This document shows positions 12,184-22,439 of a stretch of DNA of 64,000 nt, in pieces. The notes under the pieces are model-generated. The model saw nothing but the letters and a program-made list of their open reading frames with translations, was not told where the DNA came from and did no database searches. Position 1 is the stretch's first letter. Each line of letters begins with the position of its first letter. The position numbers and the translations under genes were made by a program. The DNA is from an uncultured delta proteobacterium (GTDB lineage Bacteria > Desulfobacterota > RBG-13-43-22): NCBI GenBank assembly GCA_963790475.1, contig CAWBOS010000010.1, positions 224,001-288,000 on the forward strand, written 5' to 3'.

Positions 12184-13530
12184 TTACTCCGCTTTTAAAT
12201 CGGTAAGGATCGTACCGCTCTCAAAACACAGGTTGATGACGGCGAAGAGATATTCATTTTCCTTGGCCACCTTATTGACTCGGGCTTGATCCAGGTGGAG
12301 CTGGACATCCAGGAAATCGACCAAAGGAGAGAGGGAGTTTTCATACCGGCTTTTGACCAGCCGTTTCCCTTCTTCAGCCGTTTTCAGAGCCGCCAGGGCC
12401 AGTTGCGCATTTTTCTGGGCTTCTTCCACGTTCAGAAAAGCCTCCTGGATCTTGAAGGAGACCACCTGTTTCAGGCCCTTTAGTTGTTCTTCCACTTCCT
12501 TGACCTGATAAAGGGCCTTGCTCCTGGCAAATTCCCGATTAGTCCCGTCAAACAGGTCCCAGTGGAGGGCCGCCATAGCCAGCCAGGATTCTCCCTCGGA
12601 ACCCAGGGGGCCCCGGTGATCATTGAACTGATAACTTCCGCCTAGACGGAGGGTAGGGAAGTATCGGGATTCGGCCAGCTTGACGTTGGCTTGCGCATTT
12701 TCATGGTGAATCGCCAGGGCCTCGAGGTCTTTTCGGCTTAAGGAGGCACCGGCATAATACTCCATCGCCTTAAAAGAGAGATCGATATTCTGATTATCAA
12801 TATCCACGGACTCGGCGGTGCCCAGCAACAGGCCCAACATTCTCTTGGCCACAGCCAGATTCTTATTAGCGCTGATCACCTGCTGCTCGGCCGCGGTGAC
12901 GGCCGTGGCCGCCCGGAGGGTATCGGAGTAAAGACCCAATCCGTTTTTATATCTTTCTTCGACGATTCGTAAGTGCTCCCTGGCATCCTCCAGGGCCTTA
13001 TGGGCGACTTCAATGACCCCCTTGGCCGTATGCACCTGAAGATAGACCTGGGCGACTTTCAAGGCCGTCTCTTCTTTTTTCCTTTGAAAACTTTTTTCCT
13101 GGGCGGCGTAGGACCGCTTAGCCATGGAAAGGCCTAAAGAGGATTTGAGGTCGAAAACCGGCTGTTCGATGGACAGCAGCGTTTGAAAGTCGCTGATCGG
13201 GTCAGGGTTATTCAGGGAATTTATATCAAAATCGGATTGGGAGAAACGGCCCTGATTCAGTTTCATCATAAAGGCTGCGGGGGCGTTATTGGTTCGGGTG
13301 GCCCTTTCCTCAAAGGCGATCTTGGGCATTAAGGTGCTTCGGGCAATCCCGACTTCGTCTTTTTGGGCGAAGAGCTGATTTTGCGCGGCCCGCATTTCAT
13401 GATTTTCCTTCAGGGCGGTTTTAATGGCCTCGGTCAAGGAAATTTGTTTTTCCAGGCCATAGCTTTCCGTTGGCCCGTTAAAAAGTAAGAAAAAGAAGAT
13501 CATTAACAAACCCACAAAAGGCCTCCGCAT
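12184..13530 (-). CDS. TolC family outer membrane efflux protein
   Basis: Signal peptide and two OEP repeats (ERYKNGLG, SRYENSLS); ATG at 13530 with AAGGAG. Confidence 0.9.
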   Translation of the reverse strand: MRRPFVGLLMIFFFLLFNGPTESYGLEKQISLTEAIKTALKENHEMRAAQNQLFAQKDEVGIARSTLMPKIAFEERATRTNNAPAAFMMKLNQGRFSQSDFDINSLNNPDPISDFQTLLSIEQPVFDLKSSLGLSMAKRSYAAQEKSFQRKKEETALKVAQVYLQVHTAKGVIEVAHKALEDAREHLRIVEERYKNGLGLYSDTLRAATAVTAAEQQVISANKNLAVAKRMLGLLLGTAESVDIDNQNIDLSFKAMEYYAGASLSRKDLEALAIHHENAQANVKLAESRYFPTLRLGGSYQFNDHRGPLGSEGESWLAMAALHWDLFDGTNREFARSKALYQVKEVEEQLKGLKQVVSFKIQEAFLNVEEAQKNAQLALAALKTAEEGKRLVKSRYENSLSPLVDFLDVQLHLDQARVNKVAKENEYLFAVINLCFESGTILTDLKAE

Positions 13531-13830
13531 CCAGACCACTCCTTTCGCTACGCATTTTAGCATTACTCGAAAATTATAGCCGGGATCCTCAATGTGGGAA
13601 ATAATGTATAAACTGTATATTATTATTTATAATCTGGTATTTTATTACAAAAATAGTATCGGATTTTTGATTTTTAAGTTCTGATTTAGCAATTTAATAG
13701 ATTATTTTCATGATTCCGGAGGGAAGGGTTGGGCCCTGGGAAAAAATTGTTGTTGCTGGGAAGATTCGATCCCGCCTATAATGCTCAGGACCCTTTAAAG
13801 GATTTCATCTTTTTCAAACAAGGAGGTTCG

Positions 13831-14259
13831 ATGAAACTGACCAAAAAAGAGATTAAAGAAGCTATGGCCGAAAATAGTTTGGCCTGGGACAGGCGCGATC
13901 TTGAAGGTGTCCTGGAACTCTATCATGACCAGGTCTATTTTGAAAACTGGACCGGAGGAAATGCCAAAGGCAAAGAGGCGCTGCGCCAGGCCTGGACCTC
14001 CTGGTTTACCAGTGGAGGGGAATTTATCTTTCGCCGTGACGATCTCTTTGTGGATGAAGAGGAACAAAAATTAACCGTCACCTGGGAGCTTGAATGGCCT
14101 TCCGCGGAAAAGGGTTATGCGGGAAAGCCGGAAAAAAGACGCGGACTCGATATCATTCATTTCCGGGATGGGAAGATTATTAAGAAAATGACTTACTCCA
14201 AGACCACGATCGAGATAGACGGGAAAAGGGTCAAGTTGATGGCCCAAACGTCCGCCTGA
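13831..14259 (+). CDS. NTF2/SnoaL-like domain protein
   Basis: AWDRRDLEGVLELYHDQVYF...GKEALR...RGLDIIHFRDGKI; AGGAGG before ATG 13831. Confidence 0.85.
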   Translation: MKLTKKEIKEAMAENSLAWDRRDLEGVLELYHDQVYFENWTGGNAKGKEALRQAWTSWFTSGGEFIFRRDDLFVDEEEQKLTVTWELEWPSAEKGYAGKPEKRRGLDIIHFRDGKIIKKMTYSKTTIEIDGKRVKLMAQTSA

Positions 14260-14338
14260 AACAGACCATAGAAAGGGCTGAGAAAAAGCGTTAATCTTCA
14301 ACACGGGGTCCCTCGTCAAGCTTTAAGATAGAGAGGAT

Positions 14339-14664
14339 ATGGAAACTAAATATCTGAGAATGATCCAAGGGATGAAGGGTAGCGGTGGAAAGGATTGGAC
14401 CGTCTACATCCTCCGCTGCGGAGACGGATCGCTCTACACGGGGATTGCCAAAGATGTGCGGGCCCGGTACAAACAACACAGCGAGGGACGGGGGCCGCCT
14501 ACACCCGAACCCGCCTGCCCATCACGCTTTTATATCAGCAGGAAGGCTTAACGCATTCCGAGGCCCTTATTCGAGAGGCCCAGATAAAAGCCATGCCCCG
14601 GTCCAAAAAAGAGGGGATCATTTTTCCGGAAAGCAATAGCCGGGATAGGGTAAATAAAAATTGA
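14339..14664 (+). CDS. GIY-YIG nuclease family protein (UPF0213), frameshifted at the G-run near 14490
   Basis: WTVYILRCGDGSLYTGIAKDVRARYKQH then, in another frame, GAAYTRTRLP...EALIREAQIKAMPRSKKE. Confidence 0.8.
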
Positions 14665-14709
14665 TATTCAAAAAACTGAATCTTTTATGTCATGTTCGGA
14701 GGCAAGAGG

Positions 14710-15534
14710 ATGAACCGCGATTTTGTTTTATATGAAAAAAAGGAAGGGATTGCCAAGATCACCGTTAACCGTCCTGATGTCCTGAATGCGATTACCCGGC
14801 AGGTCTACGCGGAAATCGATGACGCCTTCACCGAGGCGGAAAAGGACAATGAGGTGAGGGTCATTATCGTTGCCGGGGCGGGAAGACATTTCGGCGCGGG
14901 GCATGATATGGGAAGCGAACAAGCCCGGCTGGAGGAGGAAAGGAATCCGCGGGATAAGACGCCTCTGGGGTTCCTGAAGGACATGGAAACGGGCGTTTAT
15001 TCCTATCCGCGCGAACATTGGCGGAACATTCCCAAACCGACTATCGCTATGGTTCAGGGCTGGTGCATCATGGCCAGCTGGATGTTGGCGGCCGCCTGCG
15101 ACCTCATTGTTGCCGCTGATGATGCCCGATTCCAGGAAAAGACCACCCGAAGCTGGGGAGGAGCTACCATTGAATATCCGGCTTACTACATAGAATTGGG
15201 ACCCAGGAAGGCCAAAGAACTTGTCTGGCTGGCTGACTATATCGATGCCCAGGAAGCGCTGCGTCTGGGTATTGTCAACAGGGTTGTTCTCAGGGAGCAC
15301 CTGGAAGAGGAAACCATGAAGATGGCCGGAAAGATAGCCCTTTTGGACCCTTGGGGGCTGATGGCCTCTAAGATGTCGATTAATCAGGCCGCCGACATCA
15401 TGGGACAGTCGGGGGCCATAAAGGCTTCGTGCAATTTTTGGGTCTTAAGCCGGACCAGGCGCGACCCCCAGGCCTGGGCCGCCCAGTATAATGTCGACTG
15501 GGTAAAGGCCCGAGATGAACAATTTAAGGATTAG
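14710..15534 (+). CDS. Enoyl-CoA hydratase/isomerase family protein
   Basis: ITVNRPDVLNA, FGAGHD, KPTIAMVQG, CDLIVAADDARF. Confidence 0.9.
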   Translation: MNRDFVLYEKKEGIAKITVNRPDVLNAITRQVYAEIDDAFTEAEKDNEVRVIIVAGAGRHFGAGHDMGSEQARLEEERNPRDKTPLGFLKDMETGVYSYPREHWRNIPKPTIAMVQGWCIMASWMLAAACDLIVAADDARFQEKTTRSWGGATIEYPAYYIELGPRKAKELVWLADYIDAQEALRLGIVNRVVLREHLEEETMKMAGKIALLDPWGLMASKMSINQAADIMGQSGAIKASCNFWVLSRTRRDPQAWAAQYNVDWVKARDEQFKD

Positions 15535-15613
15535 CCTGTGTTGCTTTCTGAGAATGACGGTCAGAACCGATTTCTATATTAAAAAATGACCCATCAAGCA
15601 AAGGAGGATAAAA

Positions 15614-16384
15614 ATGGCTGCCGTAGAATATGTTAAAGAGGGTAGAATTGCCTATATCACCATCAACCGTCCCGAGGCCATGAACTCTTTGAGCATCGAG
15701 GTGCGGCAGGGATTGCAGAACGCTTATAAGGATTTCAGGGATAACAACGATCTCTGGGTGGCCATCATCACCGGGGCCGGCGACCGGGCCTTCAGCGCCG
15801 GTGCCGACATCAAGGGGTTCACCCCATCCAGCAGCGATGCCGCCGGGACCGGCGGGGTGCCTGAAAAACTCATTCGTCCTGATACCATTTGGAAGCCATT
15901 CATCGCCGCTATTCACGGCTATTGCCTCGGCGGCGGCTGTGAACTGGCGATGACCTGCGATATCCGAATCGCGGCCGACAATGCCCAGTTCGGGCAGCCC
16001 GAGGTGAATATCGGCTTTATGCCCGGCGGCGGAGGCACGATCAGGATGCCCCGTTTCATCCCCAGGGCGGTAGCGGCCGAGATCCTTCTTACCGGCAACA
16101 GGATCGATGCCGCTGAGGCCCTTCGCGTCGGCCTGGTGAGTCGGGTGGTGCCCCGGGACCAGTTGATGGACAGGGCCAAGGCCATCGCCGATACCATTAT
16201 CTCCCGGGGACCGTTGGGGGTCAGGGCCACCAAGGAAGCCATGATCCGCGGCTACAGCATGACTCTGGAAGAGGGCCTGGCGCTGGAAAAACAGCTCGTC
16301 GCCCAGATCCGCGCCACCGAGGACTTTATGGAAGGGGCCCGCGCCTTTGCTCAGAAGCGACCACCCCAATACAAGGCCAAATAG
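15614..16384 (+). CDS. Enoyl-CoA hydratase (crotonase family)
   Basis: AFSAGADI, GYCLGGGCELAMTCDIR, FGQPEV. Confidence 0.93.
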   Translation: MAAVEYVKEGRIAYITINRPEAMNSLSIEVRQGLQNAYKDFRDNNDLWVAIITGAGDRAFSAGADIKGFTPSSSDAAGTGGVPEKLIRPDTIWKPFIAAIHGYCLGGGCELAMTCDIRIAADNAQFGQPEVNIGFMPGGGGTIRMPRFIPRAVAAEILLTGNRIDAAEALRVGLVSRVVPRDQLMDRAKAIADTIISRGPLGVRATKEAMIRGYSMTLEEGLALEKQLVAQIRATEDFMEGARAFAQKRPPQYKAK

Positions 16385-16512
16385 GAAGATCAGTTACCGG
16401 TTATTGATTTTAGAGGGAGGGGCAGGTCACCTCTTTTAAAATCCGACCATATGACTTATATTTAGGTAAAACATAAAGGGAAGACTTGGCAACTTGTTAA
16501 AAGGAGGTCCTT

Positions 16513-16845
16513 ATGGATAGATCGGAAAAAATGAAACACCTGCGCGCGCGATTAATCAAAAGACGTAACGAACTTATGGAATTGCACAGAAATGCCGAAG
16601 AGACGCAACAAGTCCTGGCCGAGCGCGATATCGAGCCGGAAGAAAAAGCCCAGAAGGAGTCTTCAGCCGAACTCCTGGAGCACCTGGATGACCAGGAGAG
16701 AGAAGAGATGAAGGCTATTGATCATGCCCTGTCAATCATGGAAACGGGCCGATACGGCTTCTGCGAGGTTTGCGGAAAACCGATAACTCTCGAGCGGCTG
16801 GAAGCCATCCCCTGGACGGTATTATGCGGTAAACACGCCCAGTGA
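16513..16845 (+). CDS. TraR/DksA family zinc-finger protein
   Basis: Coiled coil followed by YGFCEVCGKPITLERLEAIPWTVLC. Confidence 0.88.
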   Translation: MDRSEKMKHLRARLIKRRNELMELHRNAEETQQVLAERDIEPEEKAQKESSAELLEHLDDQEREEMKAIDHALSIMETGRYGFCEVCGKPITLERLEAIPWTVLCGKHAQ

Positions 16846-16987
16846 CAAAGGGGTTGAATTTGTTAACGCTCCGGCGCTAATCGACATCTCAGCCCACGCC
16901 TTTTTTAGATTGTTTAAAATAGAAAGAAAGAAGCACAGAATTAGAAAGAATCAACGCTGAACTTACCGGCATGAAGGAGGAAAAGGT

Positions 16988-17479
16988 ATGCAAAAAATCA
17001 CCCCGTTCCTGTGGTTTGATAATCAGGCCGAAGAGGCCGTGAACTTTTATACTTCAATTTTTAATAATTCTAAGATTGTGAGTATTTCTCGATATGGAAA
17101 AGAAGGGGCGGAGGCCTCCGGAAGACCGGAAGGGACGGTCATGACCATGGCCTTTCAGCTTGCCGGACAAGAATTTGTGGCCTTAAACGGTGGGCCTCAA
17201 TTCAAATTCACCGAGGCGATATCATTTGTGGTCAGTTGTGAGCCGCAGGAGGAAGTGGACTATTACTGGGAAAAGCTGTCCGAAGGCGGAGATGAAAAGG
17301 CGCAACAATGCGGATGGCTTAAAGATCGTTACGGAATGTCCTGGCAAATCATTCCCTCTATTTTAGCTGAGTTGCTGGGTGACCCTGATCCTCAAAAATC
17401 AAAGCGGGTGATGGAAGCCATGTTGCAAATGAAAAAAATCGAAATAGCCGGTTTAAAGAAAGCCTACGACCACCGCTAG
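16988..17479 (+). CDS. VOC/PhnB-like (3-dmu-9_3-mt) family protein
   Basis: MQKITPFLWFDNQAEEA, ALNGGPQFKFTEAISF, CGWLKDRYGMSWQI. Confidence 0.92.
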   Translation: MQKITPFLWFDNQAEEAVNFYTSIFNNSKIVSISRYGKEGAEASGRPEGTVMTMAFQLAGQEFVALNGGPQFKFTEAISFVVSCEPQEEVDYYWEKLSEGGDEKAQQCGWLKDRYGMSWQIIPSILAELLGDPDPQKSKRVMEAMLQMKKIEIAGLKKAYDHR

Positions 17480-17717
17480 GCCCGTTGAAGTATAGTCTGC
17501 CCTGGGGGCGATTTCCAGGCACAAACTTCCCGCTTTTGTTCAGCACCTCTGTTCCTATGGCTTCCGCCACGGCTTCTGGGCTCAGGGACACCTTTTTCCT
17601 CTCCTGGCTTCCGAAATAACGACCTAGGATAAATATTGCCCTTGACTCCCAAGAGAAAAGTGAATAAAGATCTGACCAAACCTGTTTGAAATTATTCTAA
17701 GACGGAAAGGATAAATC

Positions 17718-18542
17718 GTGGCTCTTTTTACGGTAGACCCCAAAAAATGCAAGCGGGACGGGCTTTGTGTGGCCGAATGCCCGGGCTTGCTGATTGAAAT
17801 CAAAGGGGAAGATGGCTTTCCCACCCCTATTGCCGAGGCCGAAAACCTTTGTATCAACTGCGGCCATTGTGTTTCCATCTGTCCCCAGGGGGCCTTATCT
17901 TTAAAGACCATGGCCCCGAAAGATTGTCTTCCGATGCGCAAAGAACTGAACCTCAGCCCGGAACAGGCCGAACAGTTTTTGCGTTCCCGGAGATCCATAC
18001 GCAGTTACAAAAAAAAACAGGTTCCCCGTGATCTCTTGACCAGGGTCATTGAAATCGCCCGCTTTGCCCCGACGGGCGGCAACACGCAACCGGTGCACTG
18101 GCTGATCATTGAAGATACCAAAGAAGTTAAACGGTTGACCGGACTGGTAGCAGATTGGCAGCGCACTCTGCTTCAGGAAGGGACCGACTATCTCTTAAGA
18201 ATGCGTATGGAACGTATCGTCAAGGCCTGGGACAAAGGAATTGATCGGATCTGCCGCGATGCCCCGCATCTGATCGTGGCTCATGGATTAGCCACCTTGC
18301 CGGCCACCCAGTCTTCCTGCATTATCGCCCTGACTTATTTGGAGTTGGCGGCCATATCCCTTGGCCTAGGCACCTGCTGGGCCGGGTATTTCAATACCGC
18401 GGCCAATTCCTATCCCCCCCTGCTCACCGCCCTGGCATTACCCCAGGATCACCTCCCCTATGGGGCCATGATGATCGGATATCCGAAATACAACTATCAG
18501 CGATTACCTCTTCGAAATGAACCCCGGATCACCTGGCGGTAG
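17718..18542 (+). CDS. Nitroreductase with N-terminal 2x[4Fe-4S] ferredoxin
   Basis: CKRDGLCVAECP, CINCGHCVSICP, RSRRSIR, APTGGNTQ, GLGTCWAG. Confidence 0.93.
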   Translation: MALFTVDPKKCKRDGLCVAECPGLLIEIKGEDGFPTPIAEAENLCINCGHCVSICPQGALSLKTMAPKDCLPMRKELNLSPEQAEQFLRSRRSIRSYKKKQVPRDLLTRVIEIARFAPTGGNTQPVHWLIIEDTKEVKRLTGLVADWQRTLLQEGTDYLLRMRMERIVKAWDKGIDRICRDAPHLIVAHGLATLPATQSSCIIALTYLELAAISLGLGTCWAGYFNTAANSYPPLLTALALPQDHLPYGAMMIGYPKYNYQRLPLRNEPRITWR

Positions 18543-18637
18543 AAAATGGTGATGATGAGGTTAGAAGGGTAGTATCTATTCAGCTTTTTGAAATTCAAAT
18601 ACCATTTTAGACAGGATTTACAGGATTACTTTGATTT

Positions 18638-18664
18638 TTGTGCCTTTCCAGAAGAAAGGCACAA
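18638..18664. terminator. Hairpin between convergent genes, within an ACAGGATTT-type repeat
   Basis: TTGTGCCTTTC-cagaa-GAAAGGCACAA. Confidence 0.5.
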
Positions 18665-18700
18665 GCCGGATCGACCTGACGGCCGGGAGAAAAGACACTG

Positions 18701-18949
18701 TTACCAGATAGTTTTCAGATAAGGAAGTTCTCGAAGGAATTTATCTTTGGTGATAAGTGGGGAATTTAAATAATTAGCCGTTGAGACAATTATTTTATCG
18801 TGAAGCTCGGGAACGTCTTTGAGTTCCACAAGTTTTTGTAATATAGGAATATCAAGAGGAATGACGATATAATTCTCACTATCAATGATTTTTTTAGGGC
18901 TGTTAGTAAACCACCAGAGAAGGGCATGGGTATCCGTGACAAAATCCAT
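18701..18949 (-). pseudogene. VapC/PIN toxin with an internal deletion
   Basis: Has the PIN start DTHALLWW and the PIN end ELHDKIIVSTA...LITKD but is only 82 aa; no antitoxin upstream. Confidence 0.7.
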
Positions 18950-19346
18950 AGGGTCTAAAAGTCAAGCTGCCCGGGTGTCGATCCAAACCCCAGACGATCA
19001 GGGCCTTGAGCCTTTGATTCGCTGACTTGAAATACTTTCTGATCAGGGGGAGGTTGGGCCGTTTCCTGTAACGCTCGGTTACCAGGGTGTCCAATATCCC
19101 CTCCGATAATTCCCCTTCCCCTTCAAGGTAGGCTACCAACTCCCGTTGGGCTTTATTTTTCGGTCTGGCCTTCTTTTCTTCAAATTCTTCCTCATCTTCC
19201 TCTTCAACGTAAGTGAAACCGATTTCCTCCATCGCCGACCGATAATTTTTTGGCTGAGTCCGAAAAATTTCATCGACCTTATCCCGGACCATTTCATTCT
19301 TCAGTTTCAAATATTCTTCCAAAGGATCTTTTTCTTTTTTACCCAT
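18903..19346 (-). CDS. Hypothetical acidic protein, probably 3'-truncated at the junction with the PIN remnant
   Basis: 147-aa ORF, plausible composition until ~18965, then runs out of frame across the vapC start. Confidence 0.55.
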   Translation of the reverse strand: MGKKEKDPLEEYLKLKNEMVRDKVDEIFRTQPKNYRSAMEEIGFTYVEEEDEEEFEEKKARPKNKAQRELVAYLEGEGELSEGILDTLVTERYRKRPNLPLIRKYFKSANQRLKALIVWGLDRHPGSLTFRPYGFCHGYPCPSLVVY

Positions 19347-19586
19347 TATTGCCCCGCAGACTTTCTGGATGTTTAAACTGACATTCTAATTTTTCGGAGT
19401 GTAATATAGCACATCTGTTTTTAAAATCTTTTTTCTCCCCAGATTTCTCATTTCACAAATGGTTATCGGTTCGATGTGCTTAAATTACCGATTGCCGTTT
19501 GAAATATTTGGATTGCAGTACCCCAACAATTCCCCCACTAAACGGGGACAGCTATTATTGGCAAATGCCTTGATCTTCATCTGGAT

Positions 19587-19799
19587 TCAAAGTTTTGATG
19601 CTTCCACAATCGATAAAAGCTTGCGAATCACTTTGGCATTATCAATGTGCCCACCCTCTCCTAGTTCATCCCAAATCTCTAACAACACATTCTCAACGCC
19701 CTTATAGACATCGATGCGCTGATATTCCTCCACCACTATCGTTCCTTTCCCTTGGGCAGTTGCCTCACTTAATTTGGCAGCAGTTGGCAGAAAGAACAA
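19587..19799 (-). CDS. Hypothetical protein, possibly the frameshifted C-terminus of 19769-20380
   Basis: Overlaps the upstream ORF, helical-looking sequence, no clear RBS. Confidence 0.35.
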   Translation of the reverse strand: MFFLPTAAKLSEATAQGKGTIVVEEYQRIDVYKGVENVLLEIWDELGEGGHIDNAKVIRKLLSIVEASKL

Positions 19800-20380
19800 A
19801 ACTTTGCCAAAGTTGTCTGAGCATAATGTTCAATCACTTTGAAAGCCAATTTCCCAAGTTGTTCTACCATATGATCAGGGTCCAGTGTATTGACGTTAAT
19901 TTCCCTTAATAACGTCGCAGTTTGGACTAGTTTGATATCTTGAACTGGGTTGGCCACTCTTCCCACTTTACCTCCTACCACTCCGTACTCTGGTTTGGAG
20001 GAAAACTGCGTGATGTCTGCTGGAAAACCTCGATAACTCCTACCTATGTAATTTAATAATCGTGCCGTCAACTTTTCCAAGTCAATTTTCTTGAATTTGC
20101 CTCGTGACAATTCTTTAGGCCATCCACCTGAAAAACCTTCTGCAAGAACAATAATTGTTAAAACCTTTTCGGATTGGTTGACCTCCTTCGACACAGGTTC
20201 AGTTCTGATTTGCTTTTTGCTTCCGAATAGCTTGGCGAAAAATCCCGGCTTTTTAGTGGGGGGAAAGGTCTGGTTTGGTTTTCTTGGTTCTAAAGAATAA
20301 TCCGAATCACACTTCGGGCAGTTTCCATACCCCGCCCATGTAAATCCACATTCCTTGCACACATTTGTTTCCACTCTCAT
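19769..20380 (-). CDS. Hypothetical protein with N-terminal CxxC..CxxC zinc ribbon
   Basis: CKECGFTWAGYGNCPKC, amphipathic KKPGFFAKLFGSKK; GAGAGG before ATG. Confidence 0.6.
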   Translation of the reverse strand: MRVETNVCKECGFTWAGYGNCPKCDSDYSLEPRKPNQTFPPTKKPGFFAKLFGSKKQIRTEPVSKEVNQSEKVLTIIVLAEGFSGGWPKELSRGKFKKIDLEKLTARLLNYIGRSYRGFPADITQFSSKPEYGVVGGKVGRVANPVQDIKLVQTATLLREINVNTLDPDHMVEQLGKLAFKVIEHYAQTTLAKFCSFCQLLPN

Positions 20381-20833
20381 ACCCTCTCAATGAGAAATCA
20401 TTTGTTTATTTCTATCTCCCTATAAAAAATGCAGAAAAAACCCCACCTCTCTCATGAGAACTGGGGTCTAATATTCTTCCATCGGAACTCCTTTATAAAA
20501 GGGATTGCTCCAACATGAAAACTTCCTAAATTTATTTAGGATTTCTTACCTCTTACTTTCCATAAAGTCAATTAATTTCAATTATCTTTTTCGCTGATTA
20601 CCGTTTGAACTCTTCCATTTTATCCAGAATGGAAATTAGAGGGGGGAGAACTCATGATTTAAAAGACATTTCCCTACCGAATTCCCCCTTTCTTTGCAAG
20701 ACGTTGTTCAAGTATCGAGTAGAAGAGATGATTGAAGAATGCTTGGATCGATTTCATACATTTTTTGAACCAACTGTTCCTTGTGTCTGCCACAGTAATA
20801 AGGGTTTAGAAAAATCTCCCCGTATTTCCTCAT

Positions 20834-20884
20834 CTATTCGACTCCGGAGTCCTCGTAGAGGGGATAAGGGTTGAAACGGTTCAC
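20834..20884 (-). pseudogene. hsdS: N-terminal remnant of type I R-M specificity subunit
   Basis: GTG overlapping the abiEii stop reads MNRFNPYPLYEDSGVE*, matching the HsdS start YPxYKDSGVEWLG with Trp changed to TAG. Confidence 0.65.
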
Positions 20885-21828
20885 GAATTGACCTCCTGCC
20901 CTTCCCCCGCCAGTTTCCATGGCCCGCCCGGAGGCCAAGATAAATCGAATTTAGTTTGATCTTTTATGGCCCTCCAAATGGGGGCAAGAAATGATATGAG
21001 TGTTTCCCCAATGACAGAAAAATCAAGAGGCGCCCCCGGGAGATTATTGCGGAGACAGTATGCTCGCCATTGTCCATTACGGGCATTATCAATATAAAAA
21101 CGATGGGTAAGCGCTGCAGGCATTAAGAGTTTAAAGGGAGTGCGCCTTCTTTTGAAAGTGGTTTCAATCGCACGGACGACTTGATCTCCTTCATAAGAAA
21201 ACTGGACGGCCAAGGCATGCAGGTCGTAGAAATCTTTCAATCGACTATTAATTTCACCGAGGATGACAATGGCATGAAATTTTTCGGCAATTACCGCCTC
21301 GTGTGGATAGGCCCGAATTTGAGGGACTTGGCCATCCAGTAATACCGGATAGGATTCATACTCCCCCGGTGGTTCAATAGCATTGCCAAACCCGATATCA
21401 ATTTGCATTTGCAGCCGTGCCTTACCGAGTCTGGCCAGAAAGCGGAGACGAATTCCCTGATACTCAGTTTCATCGCGTATGGGTTCTGTTTTAAAGGTGG
21501 CGGTATCAAAAATGACCCCGTCATTTTCAACCGAAAGTTCACAGATGCTTTGAAAGGCGGCAAGTACGTCCTCGGTTTGGCTGCTCCCATATCCTGTAAA
21601 ATCGAGGTCACGGGTAGGCCTGTAAATAGAGCCGCCCCATAGGGCGTAGAGCATGGCCCCTTTGAGTACATAACGGTCACGGTATACCGAAACACCCAAC
21701 CGATAAAGAAACCTCTCGGCCACATAACGGTGGAGGAGAAACTGAAAATTTTCGCCCGTCTCTCGACTTCGGTTCAGAAGCCTGGCATGAACCGAGGCGG
21801 CTATATTGCTGGGTCCGTGGGAGGTCAT
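20881..21828 (-). CDS. abiEii: AbiEii/AbiGii nucleotidyltransferase toxin (type IV TA)
   Basis: ASVHARLLN, ERFLYRL, LKGAML, RPTRDLDF, QIDIGFG, AEKFHA, NSRLKDFYD. Confidence 0.92.
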   Translation of the reverse strand: MTSHGPSNIAASVHARLLNRSRETGENFQFLLHRYVAERFLYRLGVSVYRDRYVLKGAMLYALWGGSIYRPTRDLDFTGYGSSQTEDVLAAFQSICELSVENDGVIFDTATFKTEPIRDETEYQGIRLRFLARLGKARLQMQIDIGFGNAIEPPGEYESYPVLLDGQVPQIRAYPHEAVIAEKFHAIVILGEINSRLKDFYDLHALAVQFSYEGDQVVRAIETTFKRRRTPFKLLMPAALTHRFYIDNARNGQWRAYCLRNNLPGAPLDFSVIGETLISFLAPIWRAIKDQTKFDLSWPPGGPWKLAGEGQEVNS

Positions 21829-22433
21829 GGCGCCAAGGTCTCCAGGTATGGTTTCATTATGGTCCTGGCCCGGCAGACTTCAGCCGCCTGTACGATCTCA
21901 TCCACCATCACTTTACGAGAGCGGACGGCATCGCGCAGGGCCTCGATAGCTACATCAATTCCGATTTTGTTGCGATATCGGAAGCAATCCACTACCGTGC
22001 GAGCCGGTGAGGTGATGTGTGCAGGTATTCCCTGTATCATTCGAGTCTGGACACCATAGGTAAGCATGGCGCCGGAGAAACGAAAAAATCGTACCTGAGC
22101 CGGAATGTGGGCTGGTTTCCGAGCTTTAATATCAAGGGCGAGCCATACCTCATGAGGGTTTTGGGTGCCAATACCATAAATGCTTAGGGCAGAAAGAAGA
22201 CAGACGATCCCGGAAGGGACGGCGGAACAGACCATGGCAACGGTTTCCAACTCTGTCAGTTTGACTGATGACATGCGGTACAGACCCTTACTAATCTTTT
22301 CAATTTTGCCCAACTTTACCAAGCGTTGGAGTTCTTGAAACGAAATACCGAACGACGCAATATGGCGAGGCCGAAAAAAGGTTCCGATTTTCGCTTTTTT
22401 TAGTTTTTCTTCTGCTGAGTCCACTGATTTCAT
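21825..22433 (-). CDS. abiEi: AbiEi antitoxin (type IV TA)
   Basis: wHTH EKISKGLYR, CLLSAL, ITSPARTVVDCFRYRNKIGIDVAIEAL, PYLE; 4-nt overlap with the toxin. Confidence 0.92.
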   Translation of the reverse strand: MKSVDSAEEKLKKAKIGTFFRPRHIASFGISFQELQRLVKLGKIEKISKGLYRMSSVKLTELETVAMVCSAVPSGIVCLLSALSIYGIGTQNPHEVWLALDIKARKPAHIPAQVRFFRFSGAMLTYGVQTRMIQGIPAHITSPARTVVDCFRYRNKIGIDVAIEALRDAVRSRKVMVDEIVQAAEVCRARTIMKPYLETLAP

Positions 22434-22439
22434 GGAGGC

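Noticed and set aside
15524-16369. 281-aa minus-strand ORF
   Set aside because: Antisense shadow of the enoyl-CoA hydratase.
20605-20874. 89-aa plus-strand ORF
   Set aside because: No RBS or motif; overlaps the hsdS remnant on the opposite strand.
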